Shown in pieces: positions 61,504 to 64,000 of a DNA stretch of 64,000 nt. The notes under the pieces were generated by a model. That model was not told where the DNA came from. It saw only the letters and a program-made list of their open reading frames with translations, and did no database searches. The DNA comes from Pseudomonadota bacterium. Lineage in GTDB: Bacteria; Desulfobacterota; Desulfobacteria; Desulfobacterales; RPRI01. The position numbers and the translations under genes were made by a program. How positions within the stretch are numbered: the first letter of the stretch is position 1; every line of letters starts with the position of its first letter. The stretch is from assembly GCA_043825875.1 (NCBI GenBank), contig JBDRRF010000076.1:64001-128000 (forward strand), given 5' to 3'.

Positions 61504-61574
61504 TCCTAAACATAACTAGGAGTTCTATAGAAAAAAACTACCTTTTATGCGAATTTGCAGGTTATACAGAAAAA

Positions 61575-61589
61575 GCAAGTTAAGTGCCA
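61575..61589 (-). promoter_or_regulatory. Sigma-54 promoter
   Basis: TGGCAC-TTAAC-TTGC, a consensus match upstream of 60718..61503. Confidence 0.6.
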
Positions 61590-61733
61590 ATACTGCTTTT
61601 TGTGCTTTATCCTTTGCCGGCAATAATGTTTTAAATAGCCCGATCCAGGTATCTCGAATACCAATTTACACTAGAGAGCGCAGCCTACTCCCGGTTTTTA
61701 TAGTTCAGGCATTCAAAACAAAGATCACAAATA

Positions 61734-62321
61734 CTACCTTGTCCTCTGTTTTAAAATTTCCTCCCTGCTCTCAGGAGGGTCATCTTTTCTTATGCGAACT
61801 AAATCAACAAAACTACACCTTTTTAAAGCTTCTTCTCTGTCCTGGTCTTCGTTTCTTGTACGAACTATATCGGAGGGCTGATCTATAAAATCCCCATACC
61901 TGAATTTTTGTTCAAGATTTGATAGCTGTGTTTCAGTACTCTCTAAGTGTTTTTCCGTTTCAACAGCATTTGAAAAATACAGGATATTTCGCTCAAGTGT
62001 TTCAAACGCAACCTTATTCCCGCTTTTCAAAACCTTCCTGGCATCTTCCAATAACTCCGATACAATCGGAAGTTCATCTTTGATATCCTTATATATATCT
62101 GATTCCTCCAGGAACATCTCCCCTTTGCCGGTAAATAACCAGTTGAGATTCACATTAACGTTACCTGCCCAATTAATTAGAGCATCCAAATCCACGCTGT
62201 TACGTTTTATTTTATTAGACAGATTTTTATCTGATATATCAAATATTAATAACGCAATATCCTTTTGAGTCTTCCCTGTTATTTCCTTAATTCTTTCAAT
62301 TATTATTTTATAATCTATCAT
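61734..62321 (-). CDS. Phage CI-like HTH repressor
   Basis: IIERIKEI....QKDIA.......LSNKIKRNS; VNLNWLFTGKGEM. Confidence 0.75.
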   Translation of the reverse strand: MIDYKIIIERIKEITGKTQKDIALLIFDISDKNLSNKIKRNSVDLDALINWAGNVNVNLNWLFTGKGEMFLEESDIYKDIKDELPIVSELLEDARKVLKSGNKVAFETLERNILYFSNAVETEKHLESTETQLSNLEQKFRYGDFIDQPSDIVRTRNEDQDREEALKRCSFVDLVRIRKDDPPESREEILKQRTR

Positions 62322-62399
62322 TTAGCGTATTTATTTTTTGAAATGATAACAAATCGGTGGATATAATCCTTAATTCAAACAAAAGGTATCTCATGAAAA

Positions 62400-62660
62400 C
62401 TAAGATACTGTATATTCTTTCCATGGAATCAGGGATGGATCAATTAACTTCATAAAACCCAGCAGGTCTTTACTACCCTGATACTCAAACAATCCACATG
62501 AACTCTTCGACGCTAAAATGAGCGGAATCCCAGGAAAAAGCCCTTGGTAAGCTGCCCGCGTCTTTCTTGAAACTTGTATAGTTTGCATTGCTGATTTGTT
62601 AACTATTACGATAGCAAATGTAACAGCTTGTTCTTTAATCACGGCACCAGAAATCTTCAT
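62400..62660 (-). CDS. Small conserved-looking hypothetical protein
   Basis: GAVIKEQ.VTFAIVIV...FPGIP...IPWKEYT; GGGGG RBS. Confidence 0.6.
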   Translation of the reverse strand: MKISGAVIKEQAVTFAIVIVNKSAMQTIQVSRKTRAAYQGLFPGIPLILASKSSCGLFEYQGSKDLLGFMKLIDPSLIPWKEYTVS

Positions 62661-62722
62661 TTTAATCCCCCTTTCCGGGTTAATGATGGTTTTAAATATA
62701 TTATTAAAATCAGGAGTAAGTA

Positions 62723-62960
62723 ATGCGTCCGGCAGACAGACAAAGCGCCTTGAAAAAAGCAGGCTTCACTCAAAAAGATATAGCAAAGGAGCTTGGTATG
62801 GGCCAAATGCCCGTGTCGAACGAAAACAACGGTGTTCCAACTTACGAAAGCATCCGCCAAGGCAATTGCACAAAAGATCGGGAAAGAATAAACGGAAGTT
62901 TTCCCGCAGTATTATTTTGGCAATAAACGCCTGCGTAAAAACTGGATTATAAATAGTCTA
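62723..62960 (+). pseudogene. Ner/Cro-like HTH pseudogene
   Basis: MRPAD.Q.ALKKAG.TQKDIAKELG; continues in another frame as KAIAQKIGKE*TEVFPQYYF. Confidence 0.6.
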
Positions 62961-63164
62961 TAAGTATAAGAAAGTCAATGCTTAAAAAGCGAAACAATAT
63001 AGATAAAAAACCATACCTTTATTAAAATTAAGAAGTGTGATAATTATGAAATATATTTTTACCCACCCCTCGTTACTGAAACGGGAATAGATGATTGTGT
63101 GGCGCTTAAGAAAAGCAACACTATCAGAACCTACGATCTTATTAAATAAACTTTGAGGCTTACC

Positions 63165-64000
63165 GTGACACGACTAAAACTGCTTATAGGCCAATGGATA
63201 GCTCAAACTGCCAGAAGATTACGCAATAACTTCTATCTTTATCTTGCCGCCCTGTTTACGCTTTTTGTATTGTTTGATGCCGGCGTGTTACATGTGGGAG
63301 AAAACATGCGTCAAAGGACATTTGATTTCATGGTCCGAAGCCGTGTGATTGTGCCTAAGCCGGATAAAGAGATTGTGATTGTGGATATAAACGAAGCCAG
63401 TTTAGCTGCTATGGCAAAGGAATATGGACGCTATCCATGGCCGCGTCAGGTGTTCGGCGAGTTTTTAGAAAATATCGAAGCACAAAAACCCAAAGCCATC
63501 GTTTTTGATATTTTATTTAGTGATGCTGATATAACCAACCCGGATAGCGATGCTTATTTTAATGAAACCATAGCTGACACGGATAACACTTTCTTTCCTT
63601 TTATACGGTTGTCGGAAACCCAGGATAAACTTAGCGCATTAAAACCTGTTATGCTGCCAGGCGTAACTGAAATAATCAAAGGGCAATCGGATAAAGATGC
63701 CACGATTGCCTTGATATTACCACATTTTGCGGCAGCAATTAATTCTGGCCGTTTAGGGTTCAATAACATATACCCGGATAAAGACGGCATAGTACGTGAA
63801 TATCGCCTTTATAGAGATGATTATGGCTGGAAGGTGCCATCGCTGTCTATGAAAGTCGGTAATATGCTTGGCTACAACATGCCGGAAACACAAAGTGTGC
63901 TTATCAATTGGCGCGGCAAACCCTTTACCTACCAATACGTCACATTCAGCGATGTACTTTTTGACATGAGCAGTAAAGTAAAAAAACGTCCGCAAAATGA
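63165..64000 (+). CDS. CHASE2-domain protein, truncated by the window end
   Basis: GTG start; TM; IVIVDINEASL, GRYPWPR, VFDILFSD, D.DGIVR. Absent from the ORF track because it has no stop in the window. Confidence 0.85.
   Translation, partial: MTRLKLLIGQWIAQTARRLRNNFYLYLAALFTLFVLFDAGVLHVGENMRQRTFDFMVRSRVIVPKPDKEIVIVDINEASLAAMAKEYGRYPWPRQVFGEFLENIEAQKPKAIVFDILFSDADITNPDSDAYFNETIADTDNTFFPFIRLSETQDKLSALKPVMLPGVTEIIKGQSDKDATIALILPHFAAAINSGRLGFNNIYPDKDGIVREYRLYRDDYGWKVPSLSMKVGNMLGYNMPETQSVLINWRGKPFTYQYVTFSDVLFDMSSKVKKRPQN

Noticed and set aside
1..64000. tRNA, rRNA, integrase or transposase genes
   Set aside because: None recognised by eye; tRNAscan-SE and HMM searches would be needed to exclude them.

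Overview
AT-rich bacterial chromosomal window. Gene content suggests an anaerobic deltaproteobacterium (Desulfobacterales-like; inferred only). Ordinary content: signalling genes, a sigma-54 activator / VIT-vWA / rhombosortase trio, pgaABCD, an AOR with its ferredoxin, a KamA-family radical SAM protein and three toxin-antitoxin pairs. Five things stand out. (1) An integrase-less integron cassette array (about 22.7-29.6 kb) with four well-formed attC sites whose core sites match across cassettes, carrying cyclase-like, Rap1a-like, TIR and HEPN-like genes next to AbiE. (2) A five-copy 143-187 bp MITE family with 4-bp target duplications and nested 22-nt modules; one copy sits in frame inside a signal peptide. 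(3) A selenocysteine SelD (in-frame TGA plus SECIS-like hairpin, missed by the ORF track) in a run with a double-cubane reductase, its activator and yedF. (4) metV-metF coupled to a NuoE / NuoF-GltD fusion / ligand-less FdhA-like module. (5) Several relics: Mu-like c/ner, a group IIC intron fragment and an internally deleted GYD gene. All family calls come from motif recognition by eye; no searches were run.
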